DNA of 28,757 nucleotides from Desulfurella sp. (GCA_031960885.1 JAVRLY010000005.1:6717-35473); one strand, 5' to 3'. Positions 17,603-27,007 are shown, counted from the stretch's first letter. The notes: generated by a model from the letters alone, not told the origin. Numbers and translations are program-made.

Positions 17603-19994
17603 GTTCTGTTCGAGCTATTATTTCATTTTGCAATTGTTCGTTCAAATGGCAAAAATAATCGCTATACCCTGCTACCCTTACAATTAAATCTGAATAGTCT
17701 TGTGGTTTTTTTTGTGCTTCTTTTAATGTATTTGCATCAACAACATTAAACTGAACATGGTGTCCATCAAGTTTAAAATATGCTCTAATTAAATTAACTA
17801 AAGCGCCTGTACCCTTTTGGTCTTTTAATACATCAGGCGTAAACTTCATGTTTAAAAGCGTCCCGCCAGTTTTTGGATGATCCATTTTTGAAGCTGACTT
17901 AATTACTGCTGTTGGACCTTTTCTATCGGCACCTTGCACTGGCGATATGCCTTCTGAAATAGGTTCGCCTGCAAGTCTGCCATCAGCAGTTGCAATCATT
18001 TTAGAACCAAAATATACATGTACTGTTGTAGGAAGCATATCTATTCTAAATGTACCACCTTTGAATGTTGGCCTTGCGTCAATATTTTTGAAAAATTCTT
18101 CGAATACTTGTTGCATTATTGCATCGGCATAATCATCATCATTTCCATACTTTGGTACTTTATTCAACATTATTTGTCGTTGAATCTCGTATCCTTGAAA
18201 ATTAGATTTCAATATGTTTAATAAATCGGTTTGTTTAACGGTTTTTGTATCAAATATGAGATACTTAATACTAGATAGACTATCTGTTACTGTACCAATG
18301 CCAGTGCCTTGAATATAGCATGTATTGTACCTTGCGCCACCTGCATTGAAATCTTTTCCGTTTCTAATGCAATCATCAATTAAAATGGACAAGAATGGGG
18401 CAGGGCAGTATTTTGCATAAATTTGCTCAATAATCAAACTTCCTCTAACCTTGATATCAATAAAATGCTTCAATTGCTTTTTATAAGCATCAAAGAATTC
18501 ATCAAATGATTTATAATCTTCAAAATTTTTTATTTCTAGACCAATTTTTTTATTTGTTAGTGGATCAATGCCATTATTTAGCGTTATTTCAAGAATTTTT
18601 GGCAAGCTAAAATAGCCAGTTAATGTATAACTCTCTTTTCCAAATGCACCGGCTTCCACACAGCCACTTGTACCGCCAAGCCTAGCATCTTCTAATGACT
18701 TGCCTTGTCTTAAAAGTTCCAAAACCACAGCGTCTGCATTAAAAATAGCTGGTTGTCCAAAACCAGTTTTGATAATATCTATAGCTCTTTTTATAAACTC
18801 GTCTGGCGTTTTTTTGCTAACATGAATTGATGGGTTTGGTTGCACAAGTCTCATTTCTTCAATAACATCCAACATTAAGTAAGAAAGCTCGTTAACGCTT
18901 GGGTTGCCTTTACTGTCTAGACCGCCAAGATTAATTTGAGCAAAGTCGGTGTAGGTTGAGCTTTCTTGAGCTGTTACTCCAACTTTAGCAACAGCTGGAT
19001 GATTATTAAACTTTATCCACAAACACTCAAGTAATTCTTTGGCTTTTTCTTTTGTTATAATACCTTTTTCAATATCTTTTTTGTAAAATGGATACAAATG
19101 CATATCTAGTTTACCAGGACTAAATGAATCCCAACCATTAAGTTCAGTAATTACGCCTATATGCACAAACCAATAATATTGAATTGCTTCGTAAAATGTT
19201 TCGGGTTTATGCGCTGGAACTTTTTTGCATATTTGTGCAATTTCTAATAATTCTTTTTTTCTTAATGGGTCTTGCTCATATTGGGCAAGCCTTTGTGCTT
19301 CTTTAGCATACCTATTTGCAAATTTTATTATTGCGCTAGCAGCAATTTTCATTGCTTGAAGCTCTTCTTTTTTACTTAGACTTTCGCTGTCATTTTTTAA
19401 ATCTTTTATTACTTCCTCTATTTGGTCAATAATATCTAGCATACCCAATTTGTAAATTTTATCTCCTGCTACTGTATGTCCTGGTGCTCGCTGTTCCATA
19501 AATTCGGTAAAAACTCCGGCTTCAAAAGCATTTAACCATTCTTCTTCCATATGCGAAAATATTTTTTCTCTTATAGTTTTGCCTTTCCAATAAGGTATTA
19601 TTACATCTTTGTACAAATCATATACGTCTTTATCAACTATATATGGTACTTTGTCACGTTCGTTTAAAATTTTTAAATCTTCTAAAGAGTGTAAATTAAT
19701 TTCGGGGTAAGTGGGCGTGGCTTTAGGCAATTCCCCCCTTTCACCAACAATCAGTTCTCCATCAAATATAGTAACTTTTTTATTTTCCAAAATATACTCA
19801 AACGCCATTGCCCTTTTTAGCGCTACGCTATCAATATCATTTTTTTTATAAAACTCAGTTAAAAGCATTGCCCTTTCAATGGATATTTTTTCTATAGACT
19901 CTATGCTTTGTTTGTATAGTTTTTTTACACGTTCACTGCAGCCCCTCAATGACTTCGAGTTTTTAAAAGTTACCACTGAACAGCTTGTTTGCAT
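17589..19994 (-). CDS. hypD: Glycyl radical enzyme, trans-4-hydroxy-L-proline dehydratase type
   Basis: RVAGYS glycyl-radical loop (Gly776), GGTSGCVE (Cys445/Glu447), FMEQRAPGHT, ELNGWDSF, ESSTYTDFA, LTGYF and LPTTVH match HypD active-site segments as I recall them; SD AGGAGG. Confidence 0.85.
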   Translation of the reverse strand: MQTSCSVVTFKNSKSLRGCSERVKKLYKQSIESIEKISIERAMLLTEFYKKNDIDSVALKRAMAFEYILENKKVTIFDGELIVGERGELPKATPTYPEINLHSLEDLKILNERDKVPYIVDKDVYDLYKDVIIPYWKGKTIREKIFSHMEEEWLNAFEAGVFTEFMEQRAPGHTVAGDKIYKLGMLDIIDQIEEVIKDLKNDSESLSKKEELQAMKIAASAIIKFANRYAKEAQRLAQYEQDPLRKKELLEIAQICKKVPAHKPETFYEAIQYYWFVHIGVITELNGWDSFSPGKLDMHLYPFYKKDIEKGIITKEKAKELLECLWIKFNNHPAVAKVGVTAQESSTYTDFAQINLGGLDSKGNPSVNELSYLMLDVIEEMRLVQPNPSIHVSKKTPDEFIKRAIDIIKTGFGQPAIFNADAVVLELLRQGKSLEDARLGGTSGCVEAGAFGKESYTLTGYFSLPKILEITLNNGIDPLTNKKIGLEIKNFEDYKSFDEFFDAYKKQLKHFIDIKVRGSLIIEQIYAKYCPAPFLSILIDDCIRNGKDFNAGGARYNTCYIQGTGIGTVTDSLSSIKYLIFDTKTVKQTDLLNILKSNFQGYEIQRQIMLNKVPKYGNDDDYADAIMQQVFEEFFKNIDARPTFKGGTFRIDMLPTTVHVYFGSKMIATADGRLAGEPISEGISPVQGADRKGPTAVIKSASKMDHPKTGGTLLNMKFTPDVLKDQKGTGALVNLIRAYFKLDGHHVQFNVVDANTLKEAQKKPQDYSDLIVRVAGYSDYFCHLNEQLQNEIIARTEHGFD

Positions 19995-19995
19995 G

Positions 19996-20895
19996 TTAGC
20001 CTCCTATATTTACAATAAAGTTTTGAGATCTAAAAAAGTTTGCAATTGTCTCAATGTCTTTTTCAGATGGTTTTTGAATATGTTTAAGTTTAAACTCCAT
20101 ATTGAGTCGCCTATATTTATCTATCATCATATTGTGGTACAAAAGCAAATCTATCTTTCGTATTTCTAGTCTATTTAGCAAAGTACAAACATCTAAAAGA
20201 TTATTTGGATTATCATTGATTGTAGGAATTATAGGGATTCGAATATTAATTTTTTCTTTGGCTACTTTTGAGAGCTTTTCTAGATTTTCAAGTATGAGTT
20301 CGTTTGATACGCCAGTGTATTTTTTGTGCAAGACTGGATCCATAATCTTTAAATCGTATAAAAATTGGTCAGTATAATCTAAGGTTTTTTCTATATTAAA
20401 AAATTTTGTATATCCAGACGTATCAATAGCTATGTGTATGTGATTTTCCTTTATACGTTTTAGTAATGCCAATAAAAAATTAAATTGAAGATATGGCTCG
20501 CCTCCAGATATTGTAACGCCACCTTCATTACTAAAAAAAATTTTATCTTTTAAAATTTCTTCAAGGATTTCGTCTACACTATAGAGTTTGCCAATAGCAG
20601 TAAGTGAATTTGTAGGGCAAAACTTTGTGCACTCCAAACATTGGTTACACAAATGTTCATTGATATAAAAATTACTTTCATTTATGAAAATAGCGTTTTG
20701 CTTGCAAACATTAACGCATGTTTTGCAATAAATGCATTTTTCTTCATAACGTATAATTTGTATTTTTAAACGTTGACTTTCTGGGTTGTGACACCAAAGA
20801 CAAGACAAGGGGCATCCTTTAAAAAATACTGTTGTTCTAATGCCTTCACCATCATGTATAGAATAGCGCTTAATATCAAAAATCAAACCTTTCAT
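19996..20895 (-). CDS. Glycyl-radical activating enzyme (radical SAM) with ferredoxin insert
   Basis: HDGEGIRTTVFFKGCPLSCLWCHNPE (CxxxCxxC), two CxxCxxCxxxC motifs, GGVTISGGEP. Confidence 0.95.
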   Translation of the reverse strand: MKGLIFDIKRYSIHDGEGIRTTVFFKGCPLSCLWCHNPESQRLKIQIIRYEEKCIYCKTCVNVCKQNAIFINESNFYINEHLCNQCLECTKFCPTNSLTAIGKLYSVDEILEEILKDKIFFSNEGGVTISGGEPYLQFNFLLALLKRIKENHIHIAIDTSGYTKFFNIEKTLDYTDQFLYDLKIMDPVLHKKYTGVSNELILENLEKLSKVAKEKINIRIPIIPTINDNPNNLLDVCTLLNRLEIRKIDLLLYHNMMIDKYRRLNMEFKLKHIQKPSEKDIETIANFFRSQNFIVNIGG

Positions 20896-21548
20896 TTTTT
20901 AAAGTAATACTCCATAATATACTTTTCTTGGACAGAAAATGACCAATGAACATCTTTTATAAACGTACTTGCGCTTTTGCAATCTTTGGTTAATAATTCT
21001 ATGAATTTTTCATGCTCTTTTATTGAATTTTTTTCCCACTCTAGCAAATAATGCTTATTCATTGTAAAATCATATAGTCTTTGCCTTAATTTTTTAATAA
21101 TGTCCAATGCATAGTAATTTTTGCTCATGTGCAAGTATGTATTGTGAAAATTTAAGTTGTTTTGATAAAACAAATCAAAATCAGATGAATCGATGGCGCT
21201 TTGCATAATATCATTATATTTTTTTAACATTTCAATTGTTTCGTTTTTAATATTTGGGTACACTTCTTCTATAACTGAACACTCTAAAGCGCCAATTATC
21301 TGATAAAAGCATTTAATATCATCTAAAGTAAGCTCTTTTATTAATATTCCTTTTCTTGGTATTATTGTAACAAAACCATCTGATTCCAATTGCAACAGTG
21401 CGTCACGAAGTGGCGTTTTGCTAATTTTTAATTGCTTTGATAAGGCGCTTATGTCAATATACGTGCCACTTTTTAATTTTTGTTTATTTATCTGTTCTTT
21501 TAGATATTCATATACTTGTTCTCTTAGAAGTTTTAAATTTATTTCCAT
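20892..21548 (-). CDS. GntR-family regulator (FCD/FadR-VanR type)
   Basis: LREQVYEYLK...LKISKTPLRDALLQLESDG winged HTH; FCD domain with NLNFH, EHEKF and H. Confidence 0.93.
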   Translation of the reverse strand: MEINLKLLREQVYEYLKEQINKQKLKSGTYIDISALSKQLKISKTPLRDALLQLESDGFVTIIPRKGILIKELTLDDIKCFYQIIGALECSVIEEVYPNIKNETIEMLKKYNDIMQSAIDSSDFDLFYQNNLNFHNTYLHMSKNYYALDIIKKLRQRLYDFTMNKHYLLEWEKNSIKEHEKFIELLTKDCKSASTFIKDVHWSFSVQEKYIMEYYFKK

Positions 21549-21552
21549 GCAA

Positions 21553-21570
21553 CTGATATCTGATATATCA
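21553..21570. promoter_or_regulatory. Putative GntR operator
   Basis: Perfect palindrome TGATATATCA (21561-21570) with an overlapping imperfect one, CTGATATCTG (21553-21562), 5-22 nt upstream of the gntR ATG. Confidence 0.6.
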
Positions 21571-21618
21571 CAAATTTTCTAAAAAAACCACAAAACTATT
21601 TAAATACATTAAAAACAA

Positions 21619-22323
21619 TTATTCTCTTCTACCCATCCCAAATAAATTTAAAAGCATTAAGAAAAGGTTTATGAAATCCAAGTACAAAGCGAGCGCGCCA
21701 ATTACAGAGCCTTTTAAAACTGCAGAGCCATCATCTGCATCAATGCTATAGCTCATTTGTTTGAGTTTTTGGTTATCATAAGCGGCAAGTCCAGCAAAGA
21801 CAATTACGCCAATTACGCTTACAACAAAATACATCATTGGACTTTTTAAAAAAATATTCACAACGCTTGCAACAATAACGCCAATTAAACCCAAAAATAA
21901 AAAATGCCCAAAACCCGTTAAGTCTTTTTTAGTTGTTAGCCCAAACAAGCTCATTGCTAAAAACATCAATGCGCTTGTTCCAAATGCCGAAGCAATAACT
22001 GTTTGCGTATATGCTAAAAAAATGAAAGACAATGTAACGCCGTTTAATAAACTATACAGTATAAACAAAACAGCAGCCACTTGCGCATTAAGCTTGTTAA
22101 TTGCTCCACTTATTGTGAATACCAAGCCAAACTCTGCAATTATTAAAACCCAAAATAAAATAGGATTTTTTGCAATCGCCATTAATATTTGCGGGCTTTG
22201 AGATACTCCATAAGAAATCAAAAATGTTAAGCCTAACCCAAAAAACATCCACAGATACACTTTGCTTATAAATGTTGATGCGCTTATTGCTTGTGTTTGA
22301 GACCCTAATATTGTATTTTGCAT
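21619..22323 (-). CDS. Bax inhibitor-1/YccA family membrane protein
   Basis: KVYLWM...GL, TKKDL, AYDNQKLK, ALALYLDFINLFL; about 7 TM helices. Confidence 0.93.
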   Translation of the reverse strand: MQNTILGSQTQAISASTFISKVYLWMFFGLGLTFLISYGVSQSPQILMAIAKNPILFWVLIIAEFGLVFTISGAINKLNAQVAAVLFILYSLLNGVTLSFIFLAYTQTVIASAFGTSALMFLAMSLFGLTTKKDLTGFGHFLFLGLIGVIVASVVNIFLKSPMMYFVVSVIGVIVFAGLAAYDNQKLKQMSYSIDADDGSAVLKGSVIGALALYLDFINLFLMLLNLFGMGRRE

Positions 22324-22345
22324 TTTTACCCTCCTTTATTTGCTA

Positions 22346-22373
22346 ATTATAATATTATTTACAAGTTAGTCAA
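22346..22373 (-). promoter_or_regulatory. sigma70-type promoter for the BI-1/YccA gene
   Basis: Minus strand TTGACT (22373-22368), 16 nt spacer, TATAAT (22351-22346); SD AAGGAGG at 22336-22330. Confidence 0.7.
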
Positions 22374-23248
22374 GAGTTTGAAACAAATGTAACGATAATG
22401 ATGCCGAGCGAAATAAGAATAAGACCAATTATTGAAGATAGAAAAATTTTTTGACCTAAAAAAATATTCAAGTAAACAAGTGACAAAAATGGGGTTAAAT
22501 ATATTCCACTTGATATAATATGTGTTTTTAAATATTCAAGTGCTTTAAACCAAAAAATGAAACTGATGCCATTTATAAATACACCATTAATTGTTAACCA
22601 AAAAAGACTATTCAAATCAGGTATTTTGAAATTTGATAATACAAAAACGGTTGGTGTAATAAATAACAATACAAACAAAAAATATATAAATACACTTGTT
22701 GTTTTTTCAAAATTTTTCTTTTTGCCAATTATTGAATATACTGCAGCACTGAGTGCAGCAAGAATGGCATAGAAATCTCCTTTAATATTGCTCAAATTTA
22801 TTTGATACAAGCTTCCTTTTGTGATAATTATTACAATCCCAAAGAAACTAACCAATATAGCAACAAATTTTTTTATTGTAAATTTTTCTTTAAATACAAA
22901 TATTGAAATAATAAATAAAAATACGGGCCACGTGTAATTTAAGATAAACACTACTGTCGCATCAGCTATGCTAAACGCCTTATATAGCATTAAATAGTTA
23001 AAATAAATACCTATAAAGCCAATCAAAGCCATGTATAAATAATCTGACATTTTATATGAAAAAAGCATTTTGAATTTTCCTTGCAAAATCACAAATAAAA
23101 ACAATACACCAGTTGAAACGATAGTCGAATAAAAAAGCATTTGTATATTATCTAAGTCGGATAAAATATTTTTAGAAGCTATTGGTATAAAAGCCCAACA
23201 TACTATACATAGAAGTAAGTAAATATAGCCTTTTTTTGTATCTGACAT
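22370..23248 (-). CDS. DMT/EamA family transporter
   Basis: About 10 TM helices, LNYTWP...FKEK, GDFYAILAA, YLTPFLS; TAATG coupling to the ABC ATPase. Confidence 0.9.
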   Translation of the reverse strand: MSDTKKGYIYLLLCIVCWAFIPIASKNILSDLDNIQMLFYSTIVSTGVLFLFVILQGKFKMLFSYKMSDYLYMALIGFIGIYFNYLMLYKAFSIADATVVFILNYTWPVFLFIISIFVFKEKFTIKKFVAILVSFFGIVIIITKGSLYQINLSNIKGDFYAILAALSAAVYSIIGKKKNFEKTTSVFIYFLFVLLFITPTVFVLSNFKIPDLNSLFWLTINGVFINGISFIFWFKALEYLKTHIISSGIYLTPFLSLVYLNIFLGQKIFLSSIIGLILISLGIIIVTFVSNS

Positions 23249-23970
23249 TAAAGTATTTTACTTATAAAAGCTTTTGTTCGCTCTTGTTTGGGGTTTGTAA
23301 ATATTTCTTGCGGTGTACCTTCTTCTACAATTTGTCCCTCATCCATAAATACTACTCTATCACCAACTTCTCTTGCAAATCCCATTTCATGGGTTACAAC
23401 TACCATTGTCATGCCTTCTTTTGCTAAATTTCTCATAACATTTAAGACTTCGCCTACCATTTCCGGATCAAGCGCACTTGTTGGTTCATCAAATAACATT
23501 ACAATAGGATTCATAGCTAAAGCCCTAGCGATTGCTACGCGTTGTTGCTGGCCTCCAGAAAGCTCATCGGGGTAATGATTTGTTTTTTCTTCTAAACCTA
23601 CTTTTTTTAGCAATTCCATTGCCAAAGCGCGGGCTTCTTCTTTGGATTTACCAAGTACTTTAATAGGTCCAATAGTTATGTTATCCAGCGCGGTTAAATG
23701 AGCAAATAAATTAAAATGTTGAAACACCATGCCAACTTCTCTTCTAACTAAATTTAAATTTGTTTTGTTGTGTGTTATTTCAATATTATTTATGTAAATT
23801 TGTCCACTGTCAACTTTTTCTAAACCATTTAAACATCTTAAAAATGTACTTTTGCCAGAGCCAGAAGCCCCCATTATAACAACAACTTCTTTCGGTTTTA
23901 TAGACAAAGATATGCCTTTTAACACTAAATTTTTTCCAAAGCTTTTTTTTATGTCTTTAGCGTCTATCAA
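23248..23970 (-). CDS. glnQ: Polar amino acid ABC transporter ATPase (GlnQ-like)
   Basis: [55 protein letters not shown] start. Confidence 0.9.
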   Translation of the reverse strand: MIDAKDIKKSFGKNLVLKGISLSIKPKEVVVIMGASGSGKSTFLRCLNGLEKVDSGQIYINNIEITHNKTNLNLVRREVGMVFQHFNLFAHLTALDNITIGPIKVLGKSKEEARALAMELLKKVGLEEKTNHYPDELSGGQQQRVAIARALAMNPIVMLFDEPTSALDPEMVGEVLNVMRNLAKEGMTMVVVTHEMGFAREVGDRVVFMDEGQIVEEGTPQEIFTNPKQERTKAFISKIL

Positions 23971-24631
23971 TCTTAAATCTCCTTTCTAAATAACCAGAAA
24001 TTCCAGTTAGTGTAAAAATCATAGCTAAATACAATATAGCTACAGCGGTCCAAATTTGCAGTGATGCAAATGTAGTAGAGATAATTATCTGGCCTTGCCT
24101 AGTTAGTTCTGATATTGAAATAACAGACAATAGCGAAGTATCCTTTATAGTCTGTATGAATTGGTTTACAAGAGGTGGTATCATGCGTTTAAAAGCTTGA
24201 GGCAATATAATATACCTCATTGTTTTGTATTTTGTCATTCCTATGCTGTAAGCGGCTTCTGTTTGGCCCTTACCTATAGATAAAATACCAGCTCTAATAA
24301 TTTCTGTAATATACGCTCCTTCATTAAGTGATAGTGCAAGTATACCTGCAATAGGCGTAAAATAAGGATGAAACCACTTATGTAAAGGTAAAATCATAGG
24401 GAGTGCAAAGTAGATATAGAAAATCTCCACAAGCAAAGGTAATCCTCTAAAAATATGAACATAAACTTCGCCTATTTTTTTAAATAAAGGTGTATGTGAT
24501 ATCTTAAACAATGCAAATATAAGACCAAGAACTGTTGCAACAAATATTACAACAACCGAATAAAAAAGCGTTAATTTAGCACCATATAACAGTTGAGGCA
24601 AATATTGCAAAATAACATCAAAACTATTCAT
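23957..24631 (-). CDS. Polar amino acid ABC permease (GlnP/HisM family)
   Basis: [18 protein letters not shown]...GQTEAA (EAA loop), [18 protein letters not shown]. Confidence 0.92.
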   Translation of the reverse strand: MNSFDVILQYLPQLLYGAKLTLFYSVVVIFVATVLGLIFALFKISHTPLFKKIGEVYVHIFRGLPLLVEIFYIYFALPMILPLHKWFHPYFTPIAGILALSLNEGAYITEIIRAGILSIGKGQTEAAYSIGMTKYKTMRYIILPQAFKRMIPPLVNQFIQTIKDTSLLSVISISELTRQGQIIISTTFASLQIWTAVAILYLAMIFTLTGISGYLERRFKIDRR

Positions 24632-24657
24632 CGATAACTACCTTAAATATTAGAATC

Positions 24658-24697
24658 ATCAAGCAACCCATCACTTTTCAAAAATGAGTTGCTTGAT
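24658..24697 (-). terminator. Intergenic stem-loop between the binding-protein and permease genes
   Basis: ATCAAGCAAC (24658-24667) pairs with GTTGCTTGAT (24688-24697), extendable with a G-U pair on the minus-strand RNA; no clear U-tract. Confidence 0.6.
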
Positions 24698-24711
24698 TTA
24701 TAATGGCTATA

Positions 24712-25470
24712 TTATTTTGTTATTAAGCCAGCATCATCGCTGCCAAAATACTTTCTATAGATTTTTAGATACTCGCCATTTTTAATAATCTTTTCCAACC
24801 CAGCATTTACTATTTCAAGTAATTTTGGGTCTTGTTTACTAACAGCAATTCCATAATCCTCGCCAGTTAATAATTTGCCTACAGTATGAACATTTTTATG
24901 CGTGCTTGCGTAATTGATGTTAACTGGATTATCAAACACTACAGCTTGGGCCCCGCCATTTTGCAATTGATTGTAAGCATCATCAATATTTGTAAAGCGC
25001 TCAACCTTAATATCTTTCATTTTAGATAGCATTATATCAGCAGTTGTGCCTAATTTTGTTGCTACAGTCTTTCCTTTCAAATCAGCTAAATCTTTAATAT
25101 TGCTACCTTTTTTAACCAATATTGATTGTCCTGAGTGGTAGTATGGTTTTGAAAAATAGACAACTTGCGCTCTTTGGGGTGTAATAGTCATACCAGCCAC
25201 AGCCATTTGAATTGTGCCAGTTTGAAGTGCAGGAATCAAACCTTGAAAATCCATAGTGTGCCATTCAACTTTAAAACCTTCAACTTTTGCTATTGCATTG
25301 ACGAGATCAACATCAAAGCCTACGACTTTACCATTTTTTTCCATTTCAAATGGTGGGAATGTTGTGTCTACGCCAACTTTCACAACCTGCTCAGCTTTTG
25401 CCAAATTCGCCAAGCCAAAAGTAAAAACAAATAGCGATACAGCAAAAAACAGCATAAACTTACGCAACAT
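24712..25470 (-). CDS. Amino acid ABC substrate-binding protein (SBP family 3, GlnH-like)
   Basis: Signal peptide, GVDTTFPPFE, GFDVDL, DFQGLIPALQT, AGMTITPQR, FSKPYY, KLGT, FDNP; SD AAGGAGG. Confidence 0.92.
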   Translation of the reverse strand: MLRKFMLFFAVSLFVFTFGLANLAKAEQVVKVGVDTTFPPFEMEKNGKVVGFDVDLVNAIAKVEGFKVEWHTMDFQGLIPALQTGTIQMAVAGMTITPQRAQVVYFSKPYYHSGQSILVKKGSNIKDLADLKGKTVATKLGTTADIMLSKMKDIKVERFTNIDDAYNQLQNGGAQAVVFDNPVNINYASTHKNVHTVGKLLTGEDYGIAVSKQDPKLLEIVNAGLEKIIKNGEYLKIYRKYFGSDDAGLITK

Positions 25471-25497
25471 ACAAACCTCCTTTTAATTTCCTACTTT

Positions 25498-25526
25498 ATT
25501 TTAACATTTTATAATTGTTTTGTCAA
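25498..25526 (-). promoter_or_regulatory. Near-consensus sigma70 promoter for the ABC operon
   Basis: Minus strand TTGACA (25526-25521), 17 nt spacer, extended -10 TGtTAAAAT (-10 at 25503-25498). Confidence 0.8.
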
Positions 25527-25532
25527 TTTTGT

Positions 25533-25556
25533 TAAGGGCAGCTTAAGCTGCCCTTA
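25533..25556 (-). terminator. GC-rich hairpin after the MFS gene (perfect 24-bp palindrome)
   Basis: TAAGGGCAGCTTAAGCTGCCCTTA lies 5 nt after the MFS stop codon; U-tract is weak. Confidence 0.7.
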
Positions 25557-25561
25557 GGACT

Positions 25562-26773
25562 TTAAGACTTGGGAGGTCTTAAGGCTAATGAGACTATGAT
25601 GCCTACGATTGCTATTACCATTACAATTGGAAAAACGCTATAATAAGAACCAGTCATGTCTTTGATTTTGCCAGATAGCAAAGTTCCCAAAATTGCTGCA
25701 ATGCCGTAAGCTGTAAATATTACGCCATAATTTTTGCCATAGTATTTTGTGCCAAAAAATGTTTTTGTAGCTGTTGGTGCAATTGCAAGCCAACCACCTA
25801 ATGTGAGCCACAGCAGTGAAAAGGCAAAGAAGTATACGCCTATGCTTTTTGAAACGTATAACATACCCGTTGCCAAAACTATTATGATAAATGATAAAAT
25901 TGCAGCATTTCTTGGCTTTAATTTGTCTGTAAGCCACCCAAAAAAAGGTCTACCAGCAAAGTTAAAAATTGCAAATAGCTGAAGGGCTGTTGCAGCTATT
26001 GCGGTTGAGATTTTAAGCTCTTTTCCTACAGGCGCTGCAATACCAATAGCCATTAATCCTGCCATTGCGCCAATTATATATAAAAACCACAAAACCCAGA
26101 ATGTGCTTGTTGCCATCGCTTCACTTCTGTCAAAGTCTTTTGCAACAGCTGTAGTTTGAACTGTGCCTGAAGTAGCTGAAGCAACTTTATAACCATCTGG
26201 TGGAAATTTGAAAGGCAATGATAGAATTATCAATAGGACAAAAAATACAACTCCTAAATATGTAAATGTATTTAATGGGCCTACAGAAGCAATTAACGCT
26301 TTAATAATAGGTGCCATAATTAATGCGGACAACCCAAAGCCACCCACAGTTAAGCCTATTGCTAAACCACCTTTATCTGGAAACCACTTAGCTGCTACAG
26401 CAACTGGACAACCATAAACCAAACCTACACCAAAGCCGCCTAAAATTCCATAAATCAACGAAAGCATTAAAATGCTACTTGAAAAACCAGCCAATATCCA
26501 TCCTATACCAACAAGTACGCTGCCAGCTATCATCGTGTTTTTTGGCCCCCATTTTTGCATAATATTGCCGCCAATTGGCATTGCTATAGCAAATACAGCC
26601 AAAAACAGCATAAATGGGTAACCACTTTGTGTTGCCGATATTTTCCAGAGTTTTTCGAGTGGAACCCTGAATAAACTAAAAGAGTAAATGGCGCCTAACA
26701 TAATATTAACGATTAAACCAAGAACTACATACCACCATCTACTACCACTAACTTGAGATGATTCTTGAACCAT
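25562..26773 (-). CDS. MFS transporter, oxalate/formate antiporter (OFA) / SLC16-like monocarboxylate carrier
   Basis: 12 TM helices, KWGPK loop, KWFPDKGGLAIG, FNFAGRPFFGWLTDK, FFGTKYYGKNYG. Confidence 0.88.
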   Translation of the reverse strand: MVQESSQVSGSRWWYVVLGLIVNIMLGAIYSFSLFRVPLEKLWKISATQSGYPFMLFLAVFAIAMPIGGNIMQKWGPKNTMIAGSVLVGIGWILAGFSSSILMLSLIYGILGGFGVGLVYGCPVAVAAKWFPDKGGLAIGLTVGGFGLSALIMAPIIKALIASVGPLNTFTYLGVVFFVLLIILSLPFKFPPDGYKVASATSGTVQTTAVAKDFDRSEAMATSTFWVLWFLYIIGAMAGLMAIGIAAPVGKELKISTAIAATALQLFAIFNFAGRPFFGWLTDKLKPRNAAILSFIIIVLATGMLYVSKSIGVYFFAFSLLWLTLGGWLAIAPTATKTFFGTKYYGKNYGVIFTAYGIAAILGTLLSGKIKDMTGSYYSVFPIVMVIAIVGIIVSLALRPPKS

Positions 26774-26809
26774 ACTAACCTCCTAAATAAATTATTTTAT
26801 TTAATATTA

Positions 26810-26838
26810 ACTATAACAAAATTTTTTTCTTTTGTCAA
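26810..26838 (-). promoter_or_regulatory. sigma70 promoter for the MFS gene
   Basis: Minus strand TTGACA (26838-26833), 17 nt spacer, extended -10 TGtTATAGT (-10 at 26815-26810); SD AGGAGGT. Confidence 0.75.
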
Positions 26839-26973
26839 TTAATTTTTACTTTTTTATATAATTATTGATATTTTTATGTAATATTTAGTCAATCATTAGT
26901 AAATATCAAACCTAATAATTAAACTATAATTTAAAATAATATGTGTTTTTCATAATTCGTTTGTCAAACGGGA

Positions 26974-27001
26974 TTGTCTTTTAATATAAAAATAGTAAAA
27001 T
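26974..27001 (+). promoter_or_regulatory. sigma70-type promoter for miaA (probably leaderless)
   Basis: TTGTCT (26974-26979), 16 nt spacer, TAAAAT (26996-27001); ATG at 27008 with no SD. Confidence 0.55.
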
Positions 27002-27007
27002 ATATGC

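Noticed and set aside
17589..19994. Calling the GRE pyruvate formate-lyase, choline TMA-lyase or diol dehydratase
   Set aside because: It lacks the PFL Cys-Cys pair, no microcompartment genes are nearby, and the active-site segments match HypD.
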